In this document: in pieces, positions 49,053-62,263 of the stretch | How the letters are laid out: each line of letters starts with the position of its first letter | Position numbering within the stretch: the stretch's first letter is position 1 | NCBI GenBank assembly: GCA_025201805.1 | Contig: MU619259.1 | Coordinates: 37,238 to 101,237, forward strand | Source: Parasitella parasitica NRRL 2501 | Lineage: Eukaryota > Fungi > Mucoromycota | Direction: 5' to 3' | Length of the DNA: 64,000 nucleotides | Notes under the pieces: generated by a model | Database searches by the model: none | Told to the model about the DNA's origin: nothing | Seen by the model: only the letters and a program-made list of their open reading frames with translations | Translations under genes and position numbers: made by a program

Positions 49053-51614
49053 TTACTTGTTGGCAGTGTTTTCCTTCATCAAGTTGAGGGCAGAACCAGC
49101 CTTGAACCAAGCGATTTGACCTTCGTTGAAAGTGTGGTTGGCAACAATATCGGTAGTTTCACCATTCTTCTTGTTAAGACGAACAGTCAAAGGCTTGCCA
49201 GGTTGGAAATCACCCAAACCGAGGATAGAGACCTTATCATCGGCGTCGACCTTGTCGTAATCGGCAGGGTTAGCAAAAGTCAAAGGAAGCATACCTTGCT
49301 TCTTCAAGTTAGTTTCGTGAATACGAGCAAAGGACTTGACGATAACAGCGGCACCGTTGAGGAAACGAGGTTCCAAGGCGGCGTGTTCACGAGAAGAACC
49401 TTCGCCGTAGTTTTCATCACCAAAGACGACCCATTGGACGCCCTTGGCCTTGTAATCACGAGCGGTATCTGGAACACCCTTATATTCGCCAGTAAATTGA
49501 TTCTTAACGCTGTTAACCTTGTCTTCACTGGAAGTGGCACCAATCAAAAAGTTGTTGGAGATGTTATCCAAGTGACCACGGTACTTCAACCAAGGACCGG
49601 CCATAGAGATGTGATCAGTGGTGCACTTACCCTTAGCCTTGATAAGAATTGGTACGTTTTCGATATCCTTACCATCCCATTTCTTGAAGGGTTCCAAAAG
49701 TTGGAGACGGTTAGACTTAGGGTCAACGGCAACGGTAACTTTGGAGCGATCGGCAGGAGGTTCTTGGTAAGTGTTCTCGCCAGCGTCATAGCCACGAGGA
49801 GGAAGTTCATAACCTTGGGGAGCAGTAAGCTTGTAAGGCTTGCCGTCAGCGCCGATGAGAGAGTCAGTGATGGGGTTGAAGTGCATGTCACCAGCAATGG
49901 TCAAAGCAGTTACAATTTCAGGAGAGGCAACAAAAGCGTGAGTTTGAGGGTTGGCATCGTTACGGCCAGTGAAGTTACGGTTATAAGAGGTGATGATAGA
50001 GTTCTTGTCACCCTTCTTAATGTCTTGACGATCCCATTGACCGATACAAGGTCCACAAGCATTAGCGAGGACAACACCACCAGCGTTGGTGAGAGTGTCC
50101 ATGATACCGTCACGCTCAATGGTAGCACGAATTTGCTCAGAGCCGGGGGTGATAGTATACTTTGCCTTGACCTTGACGCCATGGTCAGTAGCTTGTTGGA
50201 CAAGGGAGGCAGAGCGGGCCATGTCTTCATAAGAAGAGTTGGTGCAAGAACCGATCAAACCAACCTTGAGTTCTTGGGGCCAGTCGTTCTTGATGGCAGT
50301 TTCCTTGAACTTGGAGAGAGGAGTAGCAAGATCAGGAGTGAAAGGACCGTTAATATGAGGTTCGAGGTTATCGAGATCAATTTCAATCATTTCGTCGTAC
50401 TCAGCACCTTCATCAGCTCTAAGGTTATGGGAGAATTGCTTGGCATAGTCAGCAATGGCACTACGGTTGGTAGCGCGAAGGTAATCACCCATACGCTCGT
50501 TGTAAGGGAACATGGAAGTAGTGGCACCGATTTCAGCACCCATGTTACAGATAGTAGCCATACCAGTACAAGAGAAGGTGTTGACACCCTCGCCGAGATA
50601 TTCGACAATGGAGCCAGTACCACCCTTGACAGTCAAGATACCAGCAACCTTAAGGATGATATCCTTAGGAGAGGCCCAAGGGTTGAGCTTACCAGTAAGC
50701 TTGACACCGATAGCCTTAGGACACTTGAGTTCCCAAGGAATGTCAGCCATAACATCGACGGCATCAGCTCCACCAACACCGATCGCAACCATACCAAGGC
50801 CACCAGCATTAGGAGTGTGAGAGTCGGTACCAATCATAAGACCACCGGGGAAGGCATAGTTTTCGAGGATGATTTGATGGATGATACCAGATCCGGGCTT
50901 CCAGAAACCAAGGCCAAACTTGGCAGTGGCAGTGGCCAAGTAATCATAGACTTCCTTGTTGATGTCGATAGCACGAGCTAAATCCTTGGCGCCACCAACT
51001 TGGGCTTCAATCAAGTGATCACAGTGAACAGTGGAGGGCACGGCAACGTTGGGCAGACCGGCAGACATGAATTGGAGAAGAGCCATTTGAGCAGTGGCAT
51101 CTTGACAAGCGACACGGTCAGGACGAAGCTTGAGGTAGGATTGACCACGAGCAATATCTTGGTTAACAGGATCATCCAAGTGACCATAGACAACCTTCTC
51201 AGAAAGAGTCAAAGGACGGTTCAGTCTAGATTGAATTAAAACGTAAGCATGCTGTTATTGTCAACCCCTTTGTTTGAACAGTGGTAAGGGTACCCCTCCT
51301 CCACCCTCACTCCTTTTTTTTCGCCACACTCCGATGAAAAAGTTGAAATCATTACCTCTTGCGGACAATAGCGAGGTTATCCTCGATTCTTTGGTAGTTG
51401 ATGTACTTGTCGGTCTCAAGGTTGGACATGGCAACCTTTTGAGCAGCCCAGTTGGTGCCAGCTTGAGCGTAAGTGCGAGAGGGAACATGAGTTTTGACGG
51501 CGGGGGCAACGGCCTTGATTTTTAAATGCAAAACGTTAGTATGAAATGAATCTGCACACAAGCTCACTAAATGAATACCTTTGCGGCTCTAATAAAGTTA
51601 TTTGAAGACAGCAT
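49053..51614 (-). CDS. ACO1: Mitochondrial aconitate hydratase
   Basis: Presequence-like exon 1 ([12 protein letters not shown]), then [44 protein letters not shown] and GEGSSRE. Strong codon bias. Two introns. Confidence 0.98.
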
Positions 51615-52114
51615 GATTATAATTCCTTAGTGCAAGCTCTGTCTAAGCAAAATAAAATCAAGAGGTAAAAATATTTTAGATATAAGAGAGGGGGGAGGTT
51701 TGTTGAAAAGAAAGAGGAAAAGAAACAAAAAGTTGTATCAGAATTAAATAAACCAACATTCTGGTGTTGTTTTGCTGTCACCCCACTTAATCAGGGATGG
51801 ATACACAAGAGAAGAAAAAATTATCCATTTCCAATGAAACATGTGGAAGCTGGGTCGACTATTTCACATGAATCTGGGAAAAATCACAGCAATAAAGTTT
51901 ATAATGACGATGAAAACATCTTTTGGATTGCAGTGCACTCCTTTACTTTGTATACAAACTGCCTCTTTATTTGTTGTTGAAGCATGAAGTTACTCGAGAT
52001 TTCAGGTAATTATCAAATAAATCGTTCTTATAAACCAAGATGCCTTGTGAGCCTTTGCTCAATTGATATGTGATGAGATAAGCAACAATCGTTTCTCATT
52101 ACGTTTGAAGGTAA

Positions 52115-52846
52115 CAGGGCCAGGTAAAATGCAAAAAAACACCGTCCGGGCCATGAAAAAATATGGCATCCCGCATCCAGAATTGGATCATCATTTAGCC
52201 CAAACTATCATTTCATAACAACAATTTGCTCTTCTTTTTTCTAGTCGGAACAAAGATATTGAAAGTTGAAAAATATTTTACACACAACTGAAGCCTATTT
52301 CTTTTTATTGAACCAATTTGAATAAATAAATACAAATGCAAAGTTTACATGCTTTCAAAATACATTTACCCCTGGTGGATTTCGTACGTGTTTGATTTCC
52401 CGCTTGTGGATCGAAAAATCGTTTGGGAACACAATCGAATGGCATTCCCGAATCATGACTTTTCTAGCATCGTTTTTTTTTTTTTTTTTTTTTGAGATAC
52501 ATTTATTCAAACGAAGAAGGACGTGTATAAAAGAAGATCCAATCCTGACTTTCTCATTTTCTGCAAGATCCTTATCTATTTTTTTTTATTTTCACTCCTT
52601 CTCTTGCAGATCAATTTCAAGTAAAATGCAAGGGAATATTTCATATTGCATGATGGGTGGAAGGAAAAGACCTTCTTTTTATGTCACTTCCTCATGTATA
52701 TTGTAGCATTTTTACACGGCCCACTACATACGGTTTTCATGGCCCATCACATATAGTTTCCATGGCCCTTCCATAAGGAAAATTCGCTTTATACACTGCT
52801 GATGTGTATTTTGCATAGTCCATTAGCCTGATTTTGCATGGCCCTA
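52115..52846. mobile_element. Candidate non-autonomous hAT-like element (MITE) with imperfect TIRs and subterminal repeats
   Basis: The left end cagggccaggtaaaat matches the reverse complement of the right end, tagggccatgcaaaat, at 13/16. TTTnCATGGCCC-like units recur near the right end, and one is inverted near the left end. No TSD recognised. Confidence 0.45.
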
Positions 52847-54378
52847 AAACTAATCATTTATGCATGCATATTTGCTTGAGACTTCAACCAAATTAATTAT
52901 CAAATAATCAATTTAATGTGGAGTCATCTTAGGCAGAAATTTTGTATTATTGAGATATACATATAAAGTTATATGTGTAGCACATAAAGTTCATGTTATC
53001 TTATCTTGCTCTAAAAAGATTTGTCATACCAAAACCTGAACTTCTTATTTTACACATTTGGCTGCACAACATTACTCGTTTTTTTCAAAATGACCCTCAT
53101 GTTTGTACGACTTTGGCCACCGTTGTACTATATAGAGTTCGCCTCAATGATAAGCCGATTGTTGTACACAGCTAAACATAAATATATATCATATAATGAA
53201 AAATGTGAAGGATTCTTATGAGATTGCCTTAACCATTTAAATTATTCTTTTAACACATGAGTTTTAGAATGACTTGGTGACGAGAGCAATGATATGACAC
53301 TAGATTTAAACTTAAAATGAAATTCTTTTGGCCTACTGCGAAGAATTGGGTGTAACATGAAGAACTTTCAATAAATACAATTATTCGCTTTTGTTTTTGA
53401 TATCCCAACCCTGCTAATATGAAAGACTCATTTATTCAAGCGATATATTTTAAAGAGCTGCACGTATTAAATTTTTTAAGCATATTCTTCTCAATTATTA
53501 GAATTCGTTAGTAGCAATACCTTCTTTGACAGGAATTGCGAAAAAGCCGGTTGAAAAATTTAAAGGCTTTGTTTCCACATTGGTTCTTCACCATATCATA
53601 TCTTATGACTTGATAATTGAGATATTAGCTAATACAACTGAAAAAGCTTATTATAGTCTGTAGGGCTACAACCTTTAACATTAGGTAAATGACTTTCTTT
53701 CAATGATACTATTCTAATCATCTTCAATAGCTCATGCGTTACAGTATATATGTTATTTATGCTTTTACTGATAGTTAGTCTAAGATTTACAGATGATTAA
53801 TAGTAGGATTGTGTGCGATCTAGATCTCGTCACTATTTGTTCAATTTTAAGCACTGCAGCTATCACGACTATTCTAGGTGATTTTGAGTGATTATTGCTT
53901 TCATATTATTAGTCTCATAACGCTCAATATGTTGCTTCTGTAATGTTTTGAAATTGGGCACTAGTTCAAGAAATGCTTTTTTGTCATTTACTGATGAAAG
54001 TATCACATGAATTAACTATTTATTGATACCTTCCGGGCTGTGCAGTATGTATTAAAGTAATTTCTTGTGCGAGTGATCATGTCAAGCCTCATTTTCAGTT
54101 CATATTTATGCTAAATCATAGACAAAACGCTTAAATTTTAAAATGTCTAATAATCTTTAGTAGACCAAACTCACGAATTCGAACTTGTTATTGTTTTGTT
54201 TATAGACTGTAGATGCTGTACAAATCATTTTAGTACATCTTGCATTCTTATTAAACTTTATAACAAATATGAATTATAGGATGGCGCATGATATTAATAC
54301 TTCAATTAATTCTTGATCTATTCAAGACGTTGCGATATTTAATAAAGATATAGACATGGCAGATTGAATATGAAAAGT

Positions 54379-56278
54379 TTATTTTTTTGGATAATTATGA
54401 ATATGATGATCTGCTGCCTTTTTCTTTTTGTCGGCAGGTAGATGAGTATTGTTAGATTCTTCCTCCTTCATAGATGCAGGTAAAACGATAATATTTCCAC
54501 GCTCTTTACTTGCTTTAGAAGGTTCCAGTAATAAATGATGAGGGTGGCTTCCACTAGGTCTCTCAGGAGAGCAAACTTCGATACTCTTTACCCATTGATC
54601 GTCCAACACATCTTCTAATAAACAACGCTTTTCAGGGTCTGGCAGTAAAATCCGAGAAATCACTGGCCTTGCGTAACGGGGCAACAACTTGAACAGTTTC
54701 TCTGCACCGTGGTTATTTGGTTGCACAAAATTGTTGTATGATTGATCCTTTTCTGGGCGAGGCAGCCTCCAAGGAAACCGGCGAATAATCATACAAATGT
54801 AGATGATACCGCAAGACCATAAATCTGTTTTACGAGCATCGTACTCTTTCTGTGTGTATTGTTCGGGCGCAATGTAAGGGTCAGAGCCGCAAATACCCTT
54901 GCTCAAGTGTATATTTTCTTCAAAGGGATACTTTATAACAGTAGCGCAACCGAAATCAATGATTTTTACGATGCCTCTTTCGTCTAATACCATATTATCC
55001 AGCTTTAGGTCACGATGAGCGATGCCCATAGATTGCAGATACTTAACACCATTTAGAAGCTGGCGCCAACAACAAGAAATTTCGTCTGCAGTCATTTTTC
55101 CACTCATGACAATGTTGAATAGATCATTAGGAGCGTATTCCATGATTTCATAAAAGGATTGACCCTCTTGTATGATATCCAGTGCTTCAATTATATTGAA
55201 ATTATGGAGCGTGGATCCTATACAAAACTCGGCTGTAACTTTCTTCACGTATTCTTTTTCGTTTTCTCCGGGCGCTCTTTTTCTAAATTCCTTAACTGCA
55301 AATGTTTTCCCATCTGTGTTACGACGAATGATTCTGACAGACCCTCCTGATCCTTTCCCAACAAATTCACCTATATGATGTGCATGTTAATATTTGTTCG
55401 ACCGAGAGCAGCATGGCTAACTTACCCCATTTTCCATAACGTCCTTCGAGATTCTTGTTGAATTCATTGGCGAATGATAGATCACTCTGTCTGCTGTACA
55501 CGGACGAGCCACTGCTACGAACACTCGATGAATCATCCAAAAGATTTCTCTTTTTCTTTTTATCTTGATTCTTTTTGAAAAATCGCTTCATGTCATGAAA
55601 AATGGTATCCTTTTTCTCAAGATGGTGGAAATGTGTGTGATGATAGTGGCTATTGTATTCAGGCTTTTTGAATATAAATTGAGCTGGTGTATTTGTACGA
55701 GATATAGTAGCCGAGGAAACGACTGAAGTTGGTCTTGTGGAAGAAGTGCAATCAGTTGCGGTAGTAGCTTCTGTGGTTGGCTGGGGAGGAGGTTGAGATG
55801 ACTTGGCATATTTATTCTTATGGCGGTTTGAATCTTCGTGGCCAGAGTCTGGAGATACAGAACGAGGTGTGTGTGAGTGATTACTATAAGGTGTTTGAGC
55901 TTCTGAAGAGCTGATGTTATCTGTTGATTCAAAGCCGAATCTACTACTAGGGGCTATAGGAGGCGTACCCGGTGTTGAAACGTCTGGTGTGACATTTTCG
56001 AATTGATGAATAGCGTGTTTGTTTTGAAAGATCTTTGCAGGCGATTCAAAGTCGACATCGCGCAATCTTTCGCTTAGGCTAACAATATTGTTTGTAGACG
56101 AGTAATTACTGTCATTTGACCGCTTATCAGGTGTATATGCATCGGAACCCACCGGGCGATGGTGGGATGAAGCAGATGGATGCTTTAATGGCGAGGGAAC
56201 CGTTACATCAAATGTTGACATTTGCTGAAGTGAAGGGATAGGCGAGTCAGAGTTACTGGTGCGAATTTGCGTATTCAT
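54379..56278 (-). CDS. NPR/HAL family Ser/Thr kinase (Hrk1/Sat4/Ptk-like)
   Basis: Low-complexity N-terminus. Kinase motifs [26 protein letters not shown]...[29 protein letters not shown] and [12 protein letters not shown]. One intron ~55371-55424. Confidence 0.95.
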
Positions 56279-57481
56279 TTATGAATTGAGAGAATAAGGA
56301 AGAAAGTGTAATTGATTCAGAAAACAGAAGCCAAAATAGTCTTCTCCATCGATCCGTTTGAAACACAATTTTTTTTTTGTTATAAAAAGTGTGAGGTGCC
56401 TATTTTGGAAGGTCAAACCGCCGAGATACACTCTGTCGCAATTTGACAGGTAAATGTTGACAAGAGACTGTATATCTACTATTATTAAATGAATTTCTTG
56501 ATAGTTTCTCGCATATTCTGTTATTTTAGTATGTGATATCTATGGTAACACCATATGTCTCCATGGATAAGCAGTAGATCAGAGCTGCAAGTCGAATAAT
56601 GGACACGGACGATTTAGGTAGGTTTGTATTGCATGCTTGGGCAAAAGTAACATCCGGCCGATCAACGGAAAAAAATGCTACCGAAAATCGTTATTATAAC
56701 CATCAAATTTCATTTCTGCTGAAGCCATTAAATAGGCATTTGACCTAAGTCCCATCTTGGTGATAAAAACCTGATACATACTGTAGATCTATTCACTACT
56801 TTCATACATAAATTACAATTTGAAAAGGCAGCCACCAGAAAAAACTAAATTATCTTTCCAATGCTTAATTTTGCTCCCATAACAAAGCCATTGGCGAACC
56901 TCAATTCATACTAAAATGACGGCAGAAACTACAGGAACTAATGTTAATGATAGAGTCAACCTGCTGTTGTATTTATTTTGTATTGTAAATACTCTTTTTG
57001 AAATAATGCTTCCATAAATAGTAAATAATACTATAAAAATGAATGATCGCCAACTTGCACTTGCATGTTAAAAATGACAGCATGAAGATTCTTTAACAGC
57101 ACATTATAAGTATTAGACAATTTCGTTTACTTCTAATTCTTAATATATTAAGACTGAATCTCTATTGGATGTAGTTCTTTCTCCAATCCAAAACAGAAGG
57201 ATAAATAATAAGGCGAATTATTGTACTAGTGGCTTTTAATAGTCAGGCACCTCCAAGTATTTGCATTGGTACGTGATTCTCTTGAGATGTGCTACGAGTT
57301 GTGTCAATGCGATAGAGCTAAATAAATCTCAAACAAAAATTACAAATAACATATTTGTATGCAGCAGAATAAACCCAATCTTTTTATTATCAAATTTATT
57401 TGTTTATTATCATCAATTATTACTACAAGAGCACAATTAGCAATGTTTAATATGCATGTCATAACATCATGCAAGTCAATG

Positions 57482-58183
57482 TTATTCATCATCAGGTTCC
57501 AACTTCAACTCATTCAACCAAAGACTTGAATCTTCCTGTTTAATTACACACGGTACATAATCATCTGTGTTATTGTTTGCTGCTGAAGTATTGTTTGAAA
57601 GACAAAAGTTGATAACATCACCTTTGGCCTTATACTTTCTTTTATGCTCTGGTAGAAACGAGTAAAGAAATGAACAAAGCGCATGCAGAAATTTTGTGAT
57701 ACTTCTTTGATTTTCATGGTCAACAAAGAACAATATAGTATCAGAGGGGAGAGGCTTTTGTAGAACATTGGCATCAATATTTTTCTCCAAAAGGTAATCT
57801 TTCAAGCCTGGAAATGATGCCACCGTAATCTTGTGATTAGTACCATTCACCAAGGTTTTAGTGAATATTTTTCTGTTTGAATGAACAAAATAACCGCAGA
57901 AGCGAAAGCCAAAGTTCCATCGATAAATTTTAGAGCTGGAAGGCAGTTTAGAGTCTTCGTAAATAAGGTGCTGAAAATGTGCAATATGGTTATAGCCATT
58001 AAATTCGATTGAAGTTTTGATTTTTCGTTGAAATGTTTGTCTTGTTGGCAAAACCACCTTCAATTTTCTGTTTTCTACGAGAATGGCTGATTCCCTAGTA
58101 GGTAAAGATGATACTGAGGACGCTAATGGGGATGAGATAAAGGCCTCCGCTTTGATTTTGATAGAGCTGTTATTAAGGCCCAT
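57482..58183 (-). CDS. Hypothetical protein (233 aa); possibly N-terminally extended to 58278 across a 1-nt frameshift
   Basis: Intronless ATG ORF in AT-rich surroundings, with a globular-looking core and three psi-K-x-E motifs. Confidence 0.6.
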   Translation of the reverse strand: MGLNNSSIKIKAEAFISSPLASSVSSLPTRESAILVENRKLKVVLPTRQTFQRKIKTSIEFNGYNHIAHFQHLIYEDSKLPSSSKIYRWNFGFRFCGYFVHSNRKIFTKTLVNGTNHKITVASFPGLKDYLLEKNIDANVLQKPLPSDTILFFVDHENQRSITKFLHALCSFLYSFLPEHKRKYKAKGDVINFCLSNNTSAANNNTDDYVPCVIKQEDSSLWLNELKLEPDDE

Positions 58184-59953
58184 TTGTATTCCTCTAATTG
58201 ACGTTTCAAATCTTCTATCTGCTTTCTCTGCTTCTGTATGATCTTTTTAGCGTTATTATCGTATTTTAGATGATTCATATTTATTTCAAAAGCTCATATT
58301 TAAAAAAGATAGTCGAAAGCAAAATGCATTTCATAAAACCCCTCATTTGCTTGATGATAGGTGGCACAGTTTAGAATTATTCATAAGTTTCGTTCGTGAT
58401 ATATTTCTTTTTTTTTTTTTGTTTGGTAGCAATGATATATTCGATAGGCAGTAATCTTTATCACGCTATACAAATATGACACCATGCTTGAAAATATTCA
58501 TATATTGTACATGTACCCAAATGCCAGTTGATGAAAAGGAGCTTTCCAAACCTTCTCATGTAGAAAATGAATTATATAATGCCTGTACAAAAAATGCAAA
58601 AAAGTTGGAATTTTTTTCCTTTATTCAAGGGGTTGAATTGTACCTGGTACATGTTATTTAAGAATGAACCTAATTTCGAATAAACTTTCTCCTTTTTTTC
58701 TTTTTGATAGGTAAAAAAAAAGAGCAAGTATCCAACTACTTGGGTTTTCTTTGTACCACAGTAATTTTATTAAATCGATATTTACAAGTTCTCGTGCAAA
58801 TATTGCATAAATCAAGAAATGGAGCCTATCATAGCAGCATAGAAATACAATTTAACCACGCTTGCAGTTGCATTCTACAACCATGGTCACCGCTACAGAG
58901 CAAGGGGGAGGTTTCTCAACCTCTTTTCTCTGTAACACCCCACACATTTCAAGTAGCCCTTTTCAATGTCTATCACACATATATTATATGTCGCATTGCA
59001 TGAACGATAGTTTAATCCCTTAATAGTATAGGGCTACGAGGCCTATTACAGCAGAAAATTAACACGTGTTTTATGTTAAAATTCTATATTTGATCGGTTG
59101 GTACCTGTATATCATCTGACGGATGATGCCTATTTGTTCTCCTTCACAGTGTCTTGAGCCGAGGAGGGTTTATAATCAGTCATATGGAAAAGGATACTTG
59201 GTCTCATACATAAAACAGAAGGGGCGTAACACAAAGTTTAAATTTTTTGAAGATGTCGATCTTCTGTTTCATACGAAAAGAAAGGTTATTAATATGTAGA
59301 CAAAGTTGGCTTTTTTGTTTGTGGATTACATTCAAAGCACACTGAGTAATGAAAATGATTGTCTATTCTGAGTCCAATATTTTTAAATGTGAATGCTTCA
59401 TGTGACAATATAATATCTCATCATTTCTGCGTTTTACATACATATTAGGAGATACACACAAGCAATTCGAGGGTTGGATACGTCTACTTTTGAAAGGAAG
59501 GGGATACTATTATCTCTGCTCCTAGTCAATGGCAGGAGAATCAGAGGAAGAAAGGCAAGGGAGAAAGTTGGGTTTGTAATAATAAAACGAGTTTAATCAA
59601 AGTATAATTATATCATTTTCAATGAAATGTTAAATTTCATGTTGGCGTTCTTCTGTTTGAGTATGCAAGCGTGTACATACATGCCTATTACCTTATAAAT
59701 ACTATCCTGTGTCATCAATACAAGCGAATCGTCTGTTTGCACTTTATAATTTCTACATTAAGCAATTCATATCATATGTATAAATTTGTGAGGAAGGGAG
59801 GACGTGAGGAGAAAAAAGAACAAGAGGGAAGCTTATTGTTTATGCATCGAGATTTTTTTTTTCTTTTCCGTTTTTCATTATTTCTTTTCTCTCTTTTTCC
59901 TTCCTCTCTTTTTCAAACTTTCCCTTTTTTTTTATTATTATTCTTTTTCTATC

Positions 59954-61625
59954 ATGTCAAAAGAGGCTCCTCCCGGGAGTAACTCTTGGAATCTCTTGGA
60001 ACCTGATCCAGGTACACTATTTTTATTTTTTTTATTTTTTTTTAATTAGGTAATAATGGTTACCATGGTTAGACATTAAATTATCTAGTAGGCACCTTCA
60101 CACAACTCTGCACTCAAATAGGTGCCCATTCAGTTCAGGTGGAACAGATTAAACTGCTTGACAGAGACGCTATTCGCAATTTAAGGTAAATATATATCCT
60201 TTTCCTGCATAAAAAAAACAAATAAAAACATGTAAATTTGCATTAAATAGACCTATTCATGGACTTATTATCATTATTAAACATAAACTGGAATCTTTCA
60301 TATCCAAAGATGATTCAACTGCAACTACAAACTCATCAAGTAGTCATATTTATTTTTCGAATCAAGTATGCCCAAGGACATTACTATTTTCATAAGTGCA
60401 TACAGACTTACTTTTGTATCCAAATAGGTCGTTCACAATGCTTATGCTATGCATGCTTTGCTTAACGTTCTTTTAAACAGCAACAGTATCGATATCGGAA
60501 AAGAACTCGATCATTTTAAGCAGTTTACCAACGATTTTACTTCAATGGTACTTCAATAGAATGTACACTTTTATCTTTAAAATTTTTCTTATGCTCACAT
60601 TCGTTTATACTTAGTTGAAAGGCTTGACTTTAACAAATAGTCATGTATTTAGACATGCCCATAATAGTCTCTCAAGGTAAAGCACATAGCTATATGCATG
60701 ATGCACATGCGGTTTACTAATTTATCTCAGGTGTAGCCACAAATCAACACATGAATCGAATAGTGAAATTTACCATTCGATTTCATATATAAAATCTGAT
60801 GGATATGTATGGGAGTTAGATGGATTAAAAAGGGGTCCTTTAAAACTGGGTAAAACAAACAGATGCACATGCTTGAATCTTGCATTAGGTGTCCTAATAA
60901 GCATCTTGATTAACTACAATAGGTGCTTGTAATGATAACAACTGGCTTGATGTTGCACATAATGAAATAACTAAAAGATGCGAAATGTAGGTTTGAAGTT
61001 GAATGTATTACATCTTGTCCAAACTATTTTTATCAACTAGGTATCAGAGGCAAAACTTAACAGTTTCGTTATGGGCTGTCATAGAGGATAGAAAATTAGT
61101 TTATCAACGAAAACTAATCGAGAAATTATATGTTAAGCGCGAAATAGAGTACCTGCTTGATACACAACAGCCCGACTGGCGAATGCGTATGAATGTACCT
61201 CATTGGGAGGAAGAATACAAACACGCAATGAACCAAAACGAAAGAAACAAGCGTGGAAAAATGCTATTCACCCAACTACTCAGTTACTGCAAATCGTTTG
61301 ATCAATTACCAGTGCAAGATCAAAATATGATACATTCGTTTTTAAGGGAAAACTCGGACGAAGAAAAGCAAGACATCATGGACACCTGGTTACAAATACA
61401 AGACGACTCGTTAAGACTCTATGAGAATCTTGGCATAGAGTTAGAGAAACAAGAGATTTACGAGGTAAGAATGCACGACGGAAAAGGTTACAGCAGTTGA
61501 AGAGTTTGATTTCTTGCCAGATAAATCACCTAAAAAGGAAGCACGATTACATGCCATTTATTCGATCATTTATCCAAGGACTTTGTGAAGAAGGTCATCT
61601 GCAGTCAATAACAGACATGTCCTGA
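59954..61625 (+). CDS. UCH37/UCHL5-like ubiquitin C-terminal hydrolase homologue with catalytic Cys replaced by Tyr
   Basis: About nine exons: WNLLEPDPGTFTQL, RPIHGLIII, IYFSNQ|VVHNAYAMHALLNVLLN, LKGLTLTNS, IYHSISY, VWELDGLKRGP and NWLDVA, with a C-terminal ULD-like HLKRKHDYMPFIRSFIQGL. Confidence 0.88.
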
Positions 61626-62110
61626 AGAAACAAATAACCATTTATTACACACAACAATACGTTTATTCGCTATACTGCACACACTATACTTACAGCAAAT
61701 TACACGACGATTAACACTTATACACATACGCTTTTCCACCCTTTGACAGCATCAAATTATCAACCACGAGATTCTTTTACATATATGCCCTTACACTCTT
61801 TTTTTTTTTTGATAAAAAAAAAATTATATAAATTCATAGATGTTACCATTCCTTTAAATCTCTTTGGGTATCATTTTAAATTTAGCAAATCAACTACATA
61901 AACATAACTAGGCTTTTTCTTTAATCGTTAATTTTGCATAAAAACACGAAATTTTTCCCTGAAACCAACAGACACCAACTGATTAACAGCTAGTAGAGCC
62001 TTGTAATAAAGTTTCCAGCCATGCAATAAAGACCCTAGATGAATTCATTGTCCCAAAGCTATAAAAAGAAGCGCGTTTCAAAGAGATTGAGTAAAGAAGC
62101 ATCTATTGAA

Positions 62111-62263
62111 ATGGGCAAAAAGAACAACACAAGTCATCATAAGGAGGCCACCGATAGAGAGGACAAGCGCAGGCCAAAGACCAAGACTGAAAAGAAGCTG
62201 GAACATCAACAGCACAAAATGAAGAAGCAAGCCAGGGCCGAGGCCAAGAAAGGGTTTGAATAA
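62111..62263 (+). CDS. Small basic (Lys-rich) protein, ~50 aa; may start at 62039
   Basis: MGKKNNTSHHKEATDREDKRRPKTKTEKKLEHQQHKMKKQARAEAKKGFE, with strong AAG/GAG/GCC codon preference against AT-rich flanks. Confidence 0.5.
   Translation: MGKKNNTSHHKEATDREDKRRPKTKTEKKLEHQQHKMKKQARAEAKKGFE

Noticed and set aside
49002-50981. 659-aa ORF antisense to aconitase
   Set aside because: It mirrors a strongly codon-biased gene that avoids TTA/CTA/TCA, and it has no ATG start or protein-like motifs. The same applies to antisense ORFs over tubulin, eIF3d, MCM4 and Pol alpha.
52700-52850. Repeat array as a CRISPR
   Set aside because: The units are short, degenerate and lack unique 30-nt spacers. The context is eukaryotic and there are no cas genes.
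51700-54370. AT-rich gene-free stretch as a Mucorales centromere core
   Set aside because: It is short, flanked directly by housekeeping genes, and has no recognisable adjacent LINE arrays.
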